From Candidatus Pacearchaeota archaeon (lineage in GTDB: Archaea > Nanobdellota > Nanobdellia > Pacearchaeales > GW2011-AR1), in contig JAFCDU010000012.1 in the NCBI GenBank assembly GCA_017609535.1, forward strand, positions 1-32,300: a stretch of 32,300 nt of DNA. Direction: 5' to 3'. This document shows, one piece after another, positions 9,632 to 19,469 of the stretch (positions are counted from its first letter, which is position 1; each line of letters starts with the position of its first letter). Both the position numbers and the translations under genes were made by a program. The notes beneath the pieces were generated by a model, which saw only the letters and a program-made list of their open reading frames with translations, was not told the DNA's origin and ran no database searches.

Positions 9632-10318
9632 TTAGGCAACCTCAATTCCTTTTGAGGTTAATTCCATTCCAACTGGATTTCGAAGATGATTTGTCCGCCT
9701 CATTTTTATAACTTTTAATGCTCTGTCATTTCCCTGCTTAAATCCATGTTCATATAAAATTGTAACTGAATCTGATAAAAATTTTAAAATATCGGTCTTG
9801 CTCCAAATTCCGGTTTCCACAGCACTGACATCTCCTTCTAAAAATTCATCAGACAGGATACTTGTAACTTTTAATCGCTTCATCAATGAAACTAAATCAA
9901 AAAGGTTCTCACGAATTTTACCAGCATTATTTTCATTTAATGCAAGCACAGAAACAGGGTCAAGACAGATTCTTTTAACTCCATATTTTGAGATAATTCT
10001 TGTCAATTCATTTTTTAATTCATCAATAGATGTTCGCGGGGAGAATCTTACAAATTTTACTCTATCCTGTTCATTTAATTTAGAAAAGTCCCATCCAAAT
10101 GAAATTGCATCGTATAAGGTTTCTATAATATCCGGTTCAAAGGAGCAATAAATTCCTGGTTCATTAAATGTCATTGCCCCATTCCATAAAAATTGCAACA
10201 TAAATGTTGTTTTTCCAGAACCTGGGCCTCCAATTATCAAATTAGCAGAATTTCTCACGAATCCGCCCTGAGTTATTTTGTCAAATCCAGAAATTCCAGT
10301 CTCACACCTCTCTATCAT
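9632..10318 (-). CDS. Single-domain KaiC-like RecA-superfamily ATPase
   Basis: TGISGFD, Walker A GGPGSGKT, RICLD, C-terminal VIKMRRTNH. Confidence 0.85.
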   Translation of the reverse strand: MIERCETGISGFDKITQGGFVRNSANLIIGGPGSGKTTFMLQFLWNGAMTFNEPGIYCSFEPDIIETLYDAISFGWDFSKLNEQDRVKFVRFSPRTSIDELKNELTRIISKYGVKRICLDPVSVLALNENNAGKIRENLFDLVSLMKRLKVTSILSDEFLEGDVSAVETGIWSKTDILKFLSDSVTILYEHGFKQGNDRALKVIKMRRTNHLRNPVGMELTSKGIEVA

Positions 10319-10393
10319 GTAAAATTTAGATAAAGAGTATATTTAAATTTTTTCTATGGCTAATTTTATAAACCTGTATCTATTATTAGATTT

Positions 10394-11683
10394 ATGAAAG
10401 AAGGCAATATCAGTGAAAAAGAAAGACTACAAATAGTCAAAAAATTGTCCAAGATTAATATGCAGGCACCATTGGGAAAAAATGGGTTAAAGAGCAATGT
10501 TCAATTGGGAAAAGAACTTGATATTTACATTGTAAGCGAAGTTGTTGGGCAAGGGCTTCCTTTATTTACACCAAAAGGAGCGGTTATTAAGAGAGAGATT
10601 GAGAGATTTGTGATTGATGAAGAATTGAAAAATGGCTATGAGCATACTTCTACGCCTGTTATGGCGAAAAGCGATTTGTATAAGGTTTCTGGACATTGGC
10701 AACATTATAAGGACTCTATGTTTATCTTAAAGGTTGGCAATGAAACTCTTGCATTGCGTCCGATGACTTGTCCGTTTCATTTTATTTTGTATAAACGAAA
10801 ACCAAGAAGTTATAAGGATTTGCCTAAGAAATATGCTGAGATGTCTACTTTGTTTAGGAATGAGCAGTCAGGAGAGTTGCGAGGCCTGACAAGGGTGAGG
10901 CAGTTTACATTGGCTGATGCCCATATTATTTGCAAACCTGAACAACTTGAAGAAGAATTTGAGAAAATTTTAGAGCTGAATAATATGATTATGAAAACAC
11001 TTGGAATCAAAGATTTGTGGTATAGATTTTCCAAAGGCAATATTAAAGATAAGAAGAAATATATAGATAACCCTAAGGCATGGAAAGAATCTGAGAAAAT
11101 AATGAAGAAAATTTTGAATAAATTGAAGATTAAGCACATTGAAGCCAAAGGCGAGGCAGCTTTTTATGGGCCGAAACTTGATTTGCAATATAAAGATGTT
11201 TATGGAAAGGAAGATACTCTAATAACAATTCAAATTGATTTTGCTTTGCCAGAAAGATTTAATCTGGCTTATATGGACAAGGATGGGAAGGAAAAAATTC
11301 CTATGGTAATCCATCGCTCATCTTCTGGGGCAACAGAAAGGGTTATTGCGTATCTTTTAGAAAAAACTCAAGGAAATCTTCCTGTTTGGTTATCTCCTAT
11401 TCAGGCGAAGGTTATTAGTTTTACTGACAGAAATATTAAATCTGCTGAGAAGATTTTGTCTTCATTGAAGGAAGCAGGAATTAGAGATTTTGAATCTACA
11501 ACAGTTAGTGAAAAAGTAAGGGAAGCTGAAATAAGAAGAATTCCTTATATAATTGTGATTGGGGATAGGGAGGAGAAGGGAGGGACGGTTGCTGTTCGGA
11601 AAAGAGGAGAAAAAAACATTAAGATTATGAAAATTGATGAGTTAATTGAAAATATTAAAAAGTCAATTAGAGACAAGGTATGA
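10394..11683 (+). CDS. thrS: Threonine--tRNA ligase, bacterial-type core, lacking N-terminal editing domain
   Basis: SGHWQHY, LRPMTCPFH, FRNEQSGELRGLTRVRQFTLADAH, AAFYGPKLD, VIHRS, anticodon domain IPYIIVIGDRE. Confidence 0.95.
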   Translation: MKEGNISEKERLQIVKKLSKINMQAPLGKNGLKSNVQLGKELDIYIVSEVVGQGLPLFTPKGAVIKREIERFVIDEELKNGYEHTSTPVMAKSDLYKVSGHWQHYKDSMFILKVGNETLALRPMTCPFHFILYKRKPRSYKDLPKKYAEMSTLFRNEQSGELRGLTRVRQFTLADAHIICKPEQLEEEFEKILELNNMIMKTLGIKDLWYRFSKGNIKDKKKYIDNPKAWKESEKIMKKILNKLKIKHIEAKGEAAFYGPKLDLQYKDVYGKEDTLITIQIDFALPERFNLAYMDKDGKEKIPMVIHRSSSGATERVIAYLLEKTQGNLPVWLSPIQAKVISFTDRNIKSAEKILSSLKEAGIRDFESTTVSEKVREAEIRRIPYIIVIGDREEKGGTVAVRKRGEKNIKIMKIDELIENIKKSIRDKV

Positions 11684-11723
11684 TATTTTAATTTTTTTCA
11701 AATTATCACCTTTGCTTAAATTT

Positions 11724-12268
11724 TTATTTCTCAACTGTTGCAGTTATATTTTTATCCTCTCTTATTGAGATAATTTTGAAACCGGCTTTTTTTAATTGAG
11801 CAGATAATTCTTCCTTGTCATATATATAGGTGTATCTCTGATATTTTTTTCCGTCGAGAGTCCATGGGATAAAACATTCTTTTGGTTTGTTTTTTAATCT
11901 TTTAGAATTTCTTGACCAAACAGATATGAGAACTTGGGATTTGCTTTTGAAGTTGGTATGCAGTGCAAAGTTGAGATGAAAATTGCAGAATCAAAAAAAT
12001 TATCTGGATAAGGAATTGCATCTGCTTTAGAATGCTTTAATTCTTTTGCTATTTTCTTTTTTTCTGCATATTTTAATAATTGTTTTGAAAAATCTAATCC
12101 ATAAATTTCCAAATTTGATTTTTTTATAAAATGTCTGCCTGAACCGCATCCTATATCGAGTAGTTTTCCATTTTGTTTTTTCATGAATTTAAGAACCTCT
12201 GGAATGGGGGTGGTTCTGAATTCTGCCCATTTATCTGCAATTTTATTCCAAACTTCCTGTTGATTCAT
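11724..12268 (-). pseudogene. Class I SAM methyltransferase (Trm9/ALKBH8-like), frameshifted by an internal deletion
   Basis: LLDIGCGSGRH, GLDFS, ISTLHCI in the 11894-12268 ORF. The C-terminal half (SQVLISVWSR...FIPW...YQRYTYIYDKEELSAQLKKAGFKI...VEK*) continues in another frame to 11724. The usual E-x-x-R-V-L-K-P helix is missing at the junction (~11940). Confidence 0.78.
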
Positions 12269-12318
12269 TGAATCAAAAAAATAGACAAATATTTATAGTT
12301 TATGAAGATAGTGAAATT

Positions 12319-13125
12319 ATGAAAACTTTAACAGAATTATTGAATTTTGGTATTCTCGTAATAGACAAACCTTCTGGGCCAACTTCTTTTTCTGTTTCTG
12401 ATTTTGTTCGCCGAAAATTAGGATTAAAAAAAACTTCGCATTTCGGGACTTTGGACCCAATGGTCAGCGGTGTTTTGCCCGTAGCATTGGGAAGAGCTTG
12501 TAAGTTAACTGGATTTTTTATTGGACATGACAAGGAATATGTTGGAATTATGAGAATTCATCAGGAAATGAAGATGAGGGAAATTCAGAAAATTATTAAT
12601 AGTAAATTTATTGGGAAGATTATGCAGATGCCTCCAGTCAAATCGCGAGTAAAAAGGCGGTTAAGGGAAAGAGAAATTAAAAGTTTTGAATTATTAGAGC
12701 AGGATGGGAGGGATATTTTGTTCAGGAGTGTTGTACAAGGTGGAACTTATATTCGGAAGTTGATTCATGATTTAGGAAGGGAGATTGGAGGGGCTCATAT
12801 GACTGAATTAAGAAGAACACGGGCAGGGGTGTTTGATGAAAGCAATATTGTGAGTTTATATGATTTGGAAAAGGCAAGTGAGAAAGATTTGAAAAAAATG
12901 ATTATTCCTGCTGAAGATGCAATCAAGAAGATTATGCCTGTTGTGGAAGTTAATGAAGAAAGTGTTAAGAAACTATTGACAGGAAAGCCCTTATTTAAAG
13001 AGGATGTTAATGAACCGCTTCCTGATGGGATATTTGCTGTTTTTTTTAAGAATCAATTCATTGAGATTGCTGAGAGATTTGATGAGGGAGAAATTGTTGG
13101 AAAACCTAAATTTGTGTTTAATTAA
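12319..13125 (+). CDS. truB: Cbf5/TruB-family pseudouridine synthase
   Basis: IDKPSGPTS, HFGTLDP, GGTYIRKLIHDLG, ELRRTR, degenerate PUA domain; ATG at 12319 preferred over TTG at 12268. Confidence 0.93.
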   Translation: MKTLTELLNFGILVIDKPSGPTSFSVSDFVRRKLGLKKTSHFGTLDPMVSGVLPVALGRACKLTGFFIGHDKEYVGIMRIHQEMKMREIQKIINSKFIGKIMQMPPVKSRVKRRLREREIKSFELLEQDGRDILFRSVVQGGTYIRKLIHDLGREIGGAHMTELRRTRAGVFDESNIVSLYDLEKASEKDLKKMIIPAEDAIKKIMPVVEVNEESVKKLLTGKPLFKEDVNEPLPDGIFAVFFKNQFIEIAERFDEGEIVGKPKFVFN

Positions 13126-13231
13126 GCCTGAATGGTTATTTTTCATAAGGAAAATATAAATTTCTTGGTTCGGATTAATGTATATATCATAGGATAAATA
13201 AGTATAAAAATAAGTTGAGATTTTTATTTAC

Positions 13232-15259
13232 ATGGCTGATAAAGAGAGTGAGAGCAAGTTAGTTGGGCAGGAAGATTTGTTGATTGAAGCAAAGAGTTTT
13301 TTTGAAGGGCATAAAAAGGAAATTGGGGCATCTGTGAAAAGTGGTAACAAGGTTATTCATATTGATTTTCATGCTTTAGCTGAGCATTCTCCTGTTCTTG
13401 CTGAAGCATTGATTATGAAACCTGAAGAAATTTTTGGAATTTTGGAATTGGCTTTGGAAGATTCGGGATTAATTTCTGATGCAAGAGTGCGATTGCAATC
13501 AATTGCATCTGACCAAGAGATTAAGATTAGAAATATCCGCACAAAGCATTTAGGAAATTTAATCTCTATTGAGGGCATTGTTCGGCAGGCATCTGAAGTC
13601 AGACCACAGGTTGTTAATGCAAGATTTGAATGTCCATCATGCGGGACGATTATCTCTGTCTTGCAGATAGAAAAAAGGTTTAAGGAGCCAACGAGATGCT
13701 CTTGTGGAAGACGTGGCGGATTTAGAGAAATTGGAAAGGATATGGTTGATGCACAAAGATTGGTTATTGAAGAAAGTCCAGATGATTTAGAAGGCGGGGA
13801 ACAACCAAAGAGGATTAATGTTTTTTTGAAGGAAGATTTGGTTGAGCCGAAAATGGAAGAAAAAACCACTCCTGGAAGCAGAGTAAAGGTGATTGGAATT
13901 TTGCAAGAAGTTGCAATTCCGTTATCATCTGGGGCTTTATCCACCAGATATGATTTAGCTATTGAAGCTAATAATGTTATTCCTCTTGAAGAAAGTTTTG
14001 ATGATTTGGATATTTCTGAGGAAGATGAAAGGGCGATTAAGGAATTGGCTGCGGATCCTAATATTTTTGAAAAGCTTGTTAATAGTGTGGCTCCATCTGT
14101 CTGGGGTTATCCTGAAATTAAAGAAAGTTTGATTTTGCAGTTGTTTTCCGGAGTTAAGAAAAGAAGGAGCGACGGGACTGAGACCAGAGGTGATATTCAC
14201 ATTTTATTAGTTGGGGACCCTGGTGTTGCGAAATCAGTTATGCTGAAATTTATTTCTGGGATTGCACCTAAGGGGAGGTATGTTTCGGGGAAATCTGCCA
14301 GCGGAGCAGGACTTACTGCGACGGTTGTAAGAGATGAATTTTTGAGGGGATGGTCTCTTGAAGCTGGTGCGATGGTTCTCTCAAATAAAGGATTGGTCTG
14401 CATTGATGAGCTGGAAAAAATGGATGAAAATGACAGAAGCACGATGCATGAAGCAATGGAACAGCAGACAGTTACAATTTCCAAAGCAAATGTTCAGGCA
14501 ACTTTGAGAGCACAGACAGCGGTTCTCGCTGCAGCGAATCCTAAATTCGGAAGATTTGACCCAATGGAAATGGTTGCTAAGCAGGTTAATTTAGCTCCTT
14601 CTTTATTAAATAGGTTTGATGTTATTTTTATTTTAAGGGATTTGCCGAACAAAGAGAGGGATGAGAGCATTGCTGAACATGTCTTAAGCGAGCATCGGCA
14701 AAATGTTAAGCATGAGATTATTGAGAAAGATTTGTTGAGGAAGTATATTGCTTATTCAAAGCAGAGATATAACCCAATTTTAACTGATGATGCAGTGAGA
14801 TTTATAAAAGATTTTTATGTTGGATTGAGGAATCAGCCCTCTATGTCAGGGGAAATTAAGCCGATTCCGATTTCTGCAAGGCAGTTGGAGGCATTGATTA
14901 GATTGGCAGAGGCAACTGCGCGTGCGAGATTAAGCAATAAAGTTACAAAGAAAGATGCTGAGCGGGCGATTAATTTAATGAAATATTATTTGATGCAGGT
15001 TGGTTATGATGAAGAAAGCCATAGTTTTGATATTGACAAGATTTCAGGAAATCCTGCATCTAAGAGGGGAAAGATTCACATTGTTAAGATGATATTAGAG
15101 GATTTGGAGTCACGGCTTGGGAAATTAATTCCAATTGAGGAAGTTGAAAAGGAAATTGAAGGAAAGATGAGTAAGGATGAATTTGATGAAGTTATGGACA
15201 AATTAGTTAGGGCGGGTGATTTATTTAGGCCCAGAAAGGGGTATGTACAGAGGATGTGA
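13232..15259 (+). CDS. mcm: MCM replicative helicase
   Basis: Zn finger CPSC...CSC, Walker A GDPGVAKS, Walker B CIDE, AAANP, NRFD Arg finger, ARQLEALIR, C-terminal wHTH. Confidence 0.97.
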   Translation: MADKESESKLVGQEDLLIEAKSFFEGHKKEIGASVKSGNKVIHIDFHALAEHSPVLAEALIMKPEEIFGILELALEDSGLISDARVRLQSIASDQEIKIRNIRTKHLGNLISIEGIVRQASEVRPQVVNARFECPSCGTIISVLQIEKRFKEPTRCSCGRRGGFREIGKDMVDAQRLVIEESPDDLEGGEQPKRINVFLKEDLVEPKMEEKTTPGSRVKVIGILQEVAIPLSSGALSTRYDLAIEANNVIPLEESFDDLDISEEDERAIKELAADPNIFEKLVNSVAPSVWGYPEIKESLILQLFSGVKKRRSDGTETRGDIHILLVGDPGVAKSVMLKFISGIAPKGRYVSGKSASGAGLTATVVRDEFLRGWSLEAGAMVLSNKGLVCIDELEKMDENDRSTMHEAMEQQTVTISKANVQATLRAQTAVLAAANPKFGRFDPMEMVAKQVNLAPSLLNRFDVIFILRDLPNKERDESIAEHVLSEHRQNVKHEIIEKDLLRKYIAYSKQRYNPILTDDAVRFIKDFYVGLRNQPSMSGEIKPIPISARQLEALIRLAEATARARLSNKVTKKDAERAINLMKYYLMQVGYDEESHSFDIDKISGNPASKRGKIHIVKMILEDLESRLGKLIPIEEVEKEIEGKMSKDEFDEVMDKLVRAGDLFRPRKGYVQRM

Positions 15260-15376
15260 GCTAAACTTGTTTGTTCTTGAATTTTAATAATGATAAATTT
15301 GAAGGGAGTTTATGAATAGGTTTTATTATAACTAAACTACAATAATCCTTTAAAACCTCGTCTTATTTTCCTTGAT

Positions 15377-15994
15377 ATGGAATTAAAAGAGCCGATGAAA
15401 AGGAATGTTGCATATAAACTGCGAATTGGGGATATTCTGAAGGGAAAACCAATTATTGAAGACGGGAGATTTAGGTTTTTGGAGCTGGGCGATAAAAATA
15501 TTGTTCGTGTTAATTTACTTGCGAATGTTGTTGATAAATTTGTAAATGATGGGGAGAAAAAATATGCTTCAATTACTGTTGATGACGCTTCAGGGCAAAT
15601 ACGCCTCAAACAATTTGGCGAGGATATTGCGATGTTAAAAGACATAACGCAGGGAGATACATTGCAAATAATCGGAAATGTGAGAGAATATAATTCGGAA
15701 TTGTATATAATGCCTGAAATTGTAAAGAAAGTGGACCCAAAATGGCTTTTAGTCAGAAAATTGGAAATTCAAAATCAAAGGAAAGAGATTCCCCTGCAGG
15801 AAGGCAACAGGCCTGTTGTTGATTTGATTAAGGAGAGAATTAAAGAGGCAGAAGCAGATGGCGGTGTAGATGTTGATAATTTGATTATGGAAATTGAAGC
15901 TTCTCCTGATTTGATTAATCAAGAGATTAAGAAACTACTGGAAGATGGTTTAATCTATGAACCCAGGCCCGGAAGATTGAGGTATTTGGGTTAA
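15377..15994 (+). CDS. OB-fold + winged-helix ssDNA-binding protein (RPA32/Rpa2-like)
   Basis: RVNLLANVVDK, VDDASGQIR, IIGNVREY (OB fold); C-terminal LLEDGLIYEPRPG wHTH; follows mcm. Confidence 0.85.
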   Translation: MELKEPMKRNVAYKLRIGDILKGKPIIEDGRFRFLELGDKNIVRVNLLANVVDKFVNDGEKKYASITVDDASGQIRLKQFGEDIAMLKDITQGDTLQIIGNVREYNSELYIMPEIVKKVDPKWLLVRKLEIQNQRKEIPLQEGNRPVVDLIKERIKEAEADGGVDVDNLIMEIEASPDLINQEIKKLLEDGLIYEPRPGRLRYLG

Positions 15995-16124
15995 GAGGGG
16001 CGGGGGAGACGGCATTTGGATGAAGTTAAGATTAAATTTCAGGTATTTTTCTCATTGTGCTTTATTATGAGTTTGAATTTTGGCTGTTTAGAAAAACCTG
16101 ATAAAGGGGGATTTCAAAAAGCGA

Positions 16125-16913
16125 TTAATCATCAAATTCAATCTCCAAATCATCTCCGAACATATCGCGGGTTAGTTTTTCTTTTATATGCTGCTCTTTT
16201 TGTTCTTCCTGCTTTTTTTTAAGTTCAATTAAGTCATTGAGAGTTATATTTTGTAAATTCTCCCTTTTTGAGAAATCCATTTCCCCTTTTTGAATTTTAT
16301 TTATTTTGTCCTTTTTTTCATCTGATTCCTGAATTTTCTGTTTTACTTTTTCTAAAATTTTCTTTTCTTCTTGTTCATCTATGTTAGAGGGTTTTTTCAA
16401 AAATTTTTGAACTTGATGCTGTTTGTATAATCTAATATCAAAAAAATTTTCCAATTTTGCGATGATTGTCCTAAAATCCTTGGGCAAAACCCCCCTCTCC
16501 AATGATTGAATTTCCTCCTCAGAAACCTGAATTTCCCTTGCAACATGACTTATTGGAAATTTTTTCCTTCTCCGAGCATATTGAATCCTCCAATAATAAT
16601 CGTCAACTAAATCTTCATGATGCTGTTTTTTGGCTGGAAATCTCAATTTAGCGAGATTTTTATATGCAACAGATTGCTCCTTGCTTAATGTGGCATTTGT
16701 AAGCGGTTCTTCCAAACCTGCAAGTTTTTTCATTCTTTCATTCACGGTGTATTCCCTGTCAGCTTCATTTAATTGTTCAGGTGTCGGCTTTTTTATTAAA
16801 GGAATGCCTTCCTGCTTAGCGCATGATTCGCAGATATTACTGATTCTTCCTTCATAAATTCCTTCGTATAAATGCGTTTCATCCCCTGATTTTTTGCAGA
16901 TAATGCAGTGCAT
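16125..16913 (-). CDS. aMBF1-like protein (Zn ribbon + Cro-type HTH) with charged C-terminal extension
   Basis: CIIC...CESC; EDLVDDYYWRIQYARRRK...IQSLERGVLP...KLENFFDI. Confidence 0.75.
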   Translation of the reverse strand: MHCIICKKSGDETHLYEGIYEGRISNICESCAKQEGIPLIKKPTPEQLNEADREYTVNERMKKLAGLEEPLTNATLSKEQSVAYKNLAKLRFPAKKQHHEDLVDDYYWRIQYARRRKKFPISHVAREIQVSEEEIQSLERGVLPKDFRTIIAKLENFFDIRLYKQHQVQKFLKKPSNIDEQEEKKILEKVKQKIQESDEKKDKINKIQKGEMDFSKRENLQNITLNDLIELKKKQEEQKEQHIKEKLTRDMFGDDLEIEFDD

Positions 16914-16966
16914 ATAATAAAAATGGCTCGCGGATTTTTAAGGATTATTGAGGTGGGTTGTATATT

Positions 16967-17614
16967 TTAATGAAGGTGTTTGATTATAGAATCTATATTT
17001 TTTGGGTTAATAATTGTATAAGCTTCACCCCCCTGATAGATTATTATTGTCGGGGACACCTTCACAAAATACTTCTCTTTCAACAAATCTATCAATTTAC
17101 TATCAAGATTAATATCAAATGAGTAAATCTTAACTTCCGGGTATTGATTATAAACAGCTGTCAGTAAATCCCCAACATTCTCGCTCTCTTTAATGTCATC
17201 TTTCTCATTGGAATAGAAAAATAAAATAATTGGAATTGAGAAATTACATTCCAGATTAAGTTGCTGGATAAACTCGAAATGCTCCAGTTCAACAAGCGTA
17301 TAAAATTTCTTTTGAGCCAAAACATTCTTGTCATTTTTTCCTAATTTCTTTTCTAAATCATCAATTATCCTTCCCTGATGCCCCAAATCTGCAGAAATCT
17401 CATTCAAAAAACCTTTCTCACAAATATCATAGTCAAATAAAGAATGCATGATTTTGTCTTGAAAAATATCATAAGAAAGATCCCTCTGTAAATTAGAAAT
17501 TCTGCTATACTCAAAGAATGCTATAGAATGGGTTATCAAAAATCCCATAATAAAGAGGACTGTTGCTATAATAAACGCCAATAGGTATCTTTTTTTATTT
17601 TGAATCCTTCTCAT
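16967..17614 (-). CDS. Membrane-anchored protein with probable thioredoxin-like fold (no CxxC)
   Basis: N-terminal TM helix; ILFFYS...KIYSFD...VKVSPTIII pattern typical of the Trx fold. Confidence 0.6.
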   Translation of the reverse strand: MRRIQNKKRYLLAFIIATVLFIMGFLITHSIAFFEYSRISNLQRDLSYDIFQDKIMHSLFDYDICEKGFLNEISADLGHQGRIIDDLEKKLGKNDKNVLAQKKFYTLVELEHFEFIQQLNLECNFSIPIILFFYSNEKDDIKESENVGDLLTAVYNQYPEVKIYSFDINLDSKLIDLLKEKYFVKVSPTIIIYQGGEAYTIINPKNIDSIIKHLH

Positions 17615-17644
17615 TTTTTTACTATTCTTTTTTAATTTATAACT

Positions 17645-18883
17645 TTATCTCCACCCAACTTTCCTATTAAATATAAAATAAACAAAGGATAAAATCCACC
17701 AAAAACCAAATAAAAGTGCAAAAAACATAAAATAAATCGGAACATTTACTATCAACTGGTTATGTCTCCCAATTTTCTTCGTCGCATAAAAAAGGTATGC
17801 ACTTAAAACTATAAGAAAAAAGAAAATAAAAATCATAGTCGGTTTGGTAAATAATAAAAACAAAAATCTTTCAATAGCATAGAGATTAATACTAAATACA
17901 TTTAGATTAAAATTAACACTATTCAGAAAAATCAATTCTGATTTAATTTTTAATAAAGTTTTTACAATAAAATATGCAGTAACAAAAATTGCGAGAAAAA
18001 TACTAATCCATGCAACAGGCATGACAAACAATCCAAGGTCGCCATACTCCTTGCTGAACATTCTCCGGTATTTTAAACAATTTCTAATTAATCCAACATA
18101 CCACCTTCTTCTTTGTTTTAATAAATCAACAAATTTATTTGGAGGAATTGTATAAACCGGGGCATCAGGACAATTCTCAATTTTATAATGATTAAATTGG
18201 ATTCTTAGTGCAATTTCCAAATCTTCTGTGATATTTTTTTCATCAAATCCTCCATACTTTTCAAAAAAACTTTTTCTATATGCTGAAAACGCTCCAGGGG
18301 TTACATAAATCGCATTTAGGGAAGAAAACGCTTTCCTAAGAAATAAACCCAAAAGATATTCTACATGCTGAATCCTTTGCCACAAATTTTTTGGTTTATA
18401 AGTTACTATTGCAGGCCCGACTAACATTACTTTTGGATTTTTAAAATATCTAACCATCTTCTTCAAACTTTTTTTATTAACAAGTGTATCTGCATCCATT
18501 GTAAAAACTATTTCGCCTTTACTTTTCTTAATCCCAAGATTTAATGCAGTCCCTTTACCCCCGTTATCCTTATGAAAAACCTTCACACCCTCATTTTCAA
18601 ACTTCTTGGCTTTTTTCAAAGTTTCATCTTTACTTCCGTCATCAATAACTATTACTTCGAATTTATCTTTAGGATAATCTGATTCAAGCAAAGATTTAAT
18701 TGTCCTTTCTATTGTTTTCTCTTCATTATAAGCAGGGATTATTACAGAAACATTAGGAAGTTCGTCATCTTTGAAAAGTAATTTAGGTTTTTTTCTATCT
18801 GAAATAAAACTAAGTGCATAAAAAGTCGTTGCAAACAATCCCAGATAGGTTGATATATAGACAATTATAGTTATGAGTTCCAT
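17645..18883 (-). CDS. Processive GT2 glycosyltransferase (CesA/IcaA/PgaC-like)
   Basis: VIIPAYNEE, DDGSKD, GKGTALN, DAD, TEDLE, QRRRW motifs; N- and C-terminal TM helices. Confidence 0.9.
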   Translation of the reverse strand: MELITIIVYISTYLGLFATTFYALSFISDRKKPKLLFKDDELPNVSVIIPAYNEEKTIERTIKSLLESDYPKDKFEVIVIDDGSKDETLKKAKKFENEGVKVFHKDNGGKGTALNLGIKKSKGEIVFTMDADTLVNKKSLKKMVRYFKNPKVMLVGPAIVTYKPKNLWQRIQHVEYLLGLFLRKAFSSLNAIYVTPGAFSAYRKSFFEKYGGFDEKNITEDLEIALRIQFNHYKIENCPDAPVYTIPPNKFVDLLKQRRRWYVGLIRNCLKYRRMFSKEYGDLGLFVMPVAWISIFLAIFVTAYFIVKTLLKIKSELIFLNSVNFNLNVFSINLYAIERFLFLLFTKPTMIFIFFFLIVLSAYLFYATKKIGRHNQLIVNVPIYFMFFALLFGFWWILSFVYFIFNRKVGWR

Positions 18884-19437
18884 TACTCCTCTGATTCTTC
18901 ATTTAATTGCCCCTCTTTTTTATGAACATTAAAATATTCGTAGAACTCATCAGATAGAGTTAATTCCAATGTGTGCGCGATTTTTTTTGCCTTAACCAGT
19001 CCAAGTTCGCGGAATTTTTTTATGTGTTCATATGCCTTGTTCCCGCGAATTTTTATCACAACTGACTGCTTAACCGGCTGTTTGTAAGCGATGATTGCGA
19101 GAGTTTCCTGCTCTGCTTTTGTAAATTCAGATGTGCCTGCTGCTAATCTGTTTATTAAATAATGGTATTTTGGGGCGACATCCATTTTGTAATTGTTGTT
19201 TTTATTTATGATAATTATAGCGCCTGAAGAATATTTTTTTTCTAGTTTGTGGAGAATTTCTTTCAGCATAATTGGATTGATATCTGTCAAACTTATTAAA
19301 TCTTGTAATGAGAGAAATTTTCCTGAGATAAATAAAGCAGCTTCAACTTTTTCCTCTGCCTCTCTCTCCCTTTCCTCAAATTCATTCTCTATTTCAGATG
19401 CTGTTTTTGAGGTTATTGTCAGCTTTTTTGGTTCCAT
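18883..19437 (-). CDS. scpB: SMC-associated segregation/condensation protein ScpB
   Basis: VEAALFISG, ETLAIIAYKQPV, IRGNKAYEHI, FYEYF. Confidence 0.92.
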   Translation of the reverse strand: MEPKKLTITSKTASEIENEFEEREREAEEKVEAALFISGKFLSLQDLISLTDINPIMLKEILHKLEKKYSSGAIIIINKNNNYKMDVAPKYHYLINRLAAGTSEFTKAEQETLAIIAYKQPVKQSVVIKIRGNKAYEHIKKFRELGLVKAKKIAHTLELTLSDEFYEYFNVHKKEGQLNEESEE

Positions 19438-19469
19438 ATACTAATATGGAAAGCAGTATTTTTAAGGAT

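Noticed and set aside
9632..10318. Circadian clock gene
   Set aside because: Single-domain KaiC-like ATPases are common in archaea; no kaiA/kaiB and no duplicated domain.
13126..13231. AT-rich spacer before mcm as a replication origin
   Set aside because: Short, no ORB-like repeats visible and no orc1/cdc6 nearby; consistent with an ordinary promoter.
16016..16222. 68-aa plus-strand ORF
   Set aside because: TTG start, overlaps the 3' end of the MBF1-like gene, no recognisable features.
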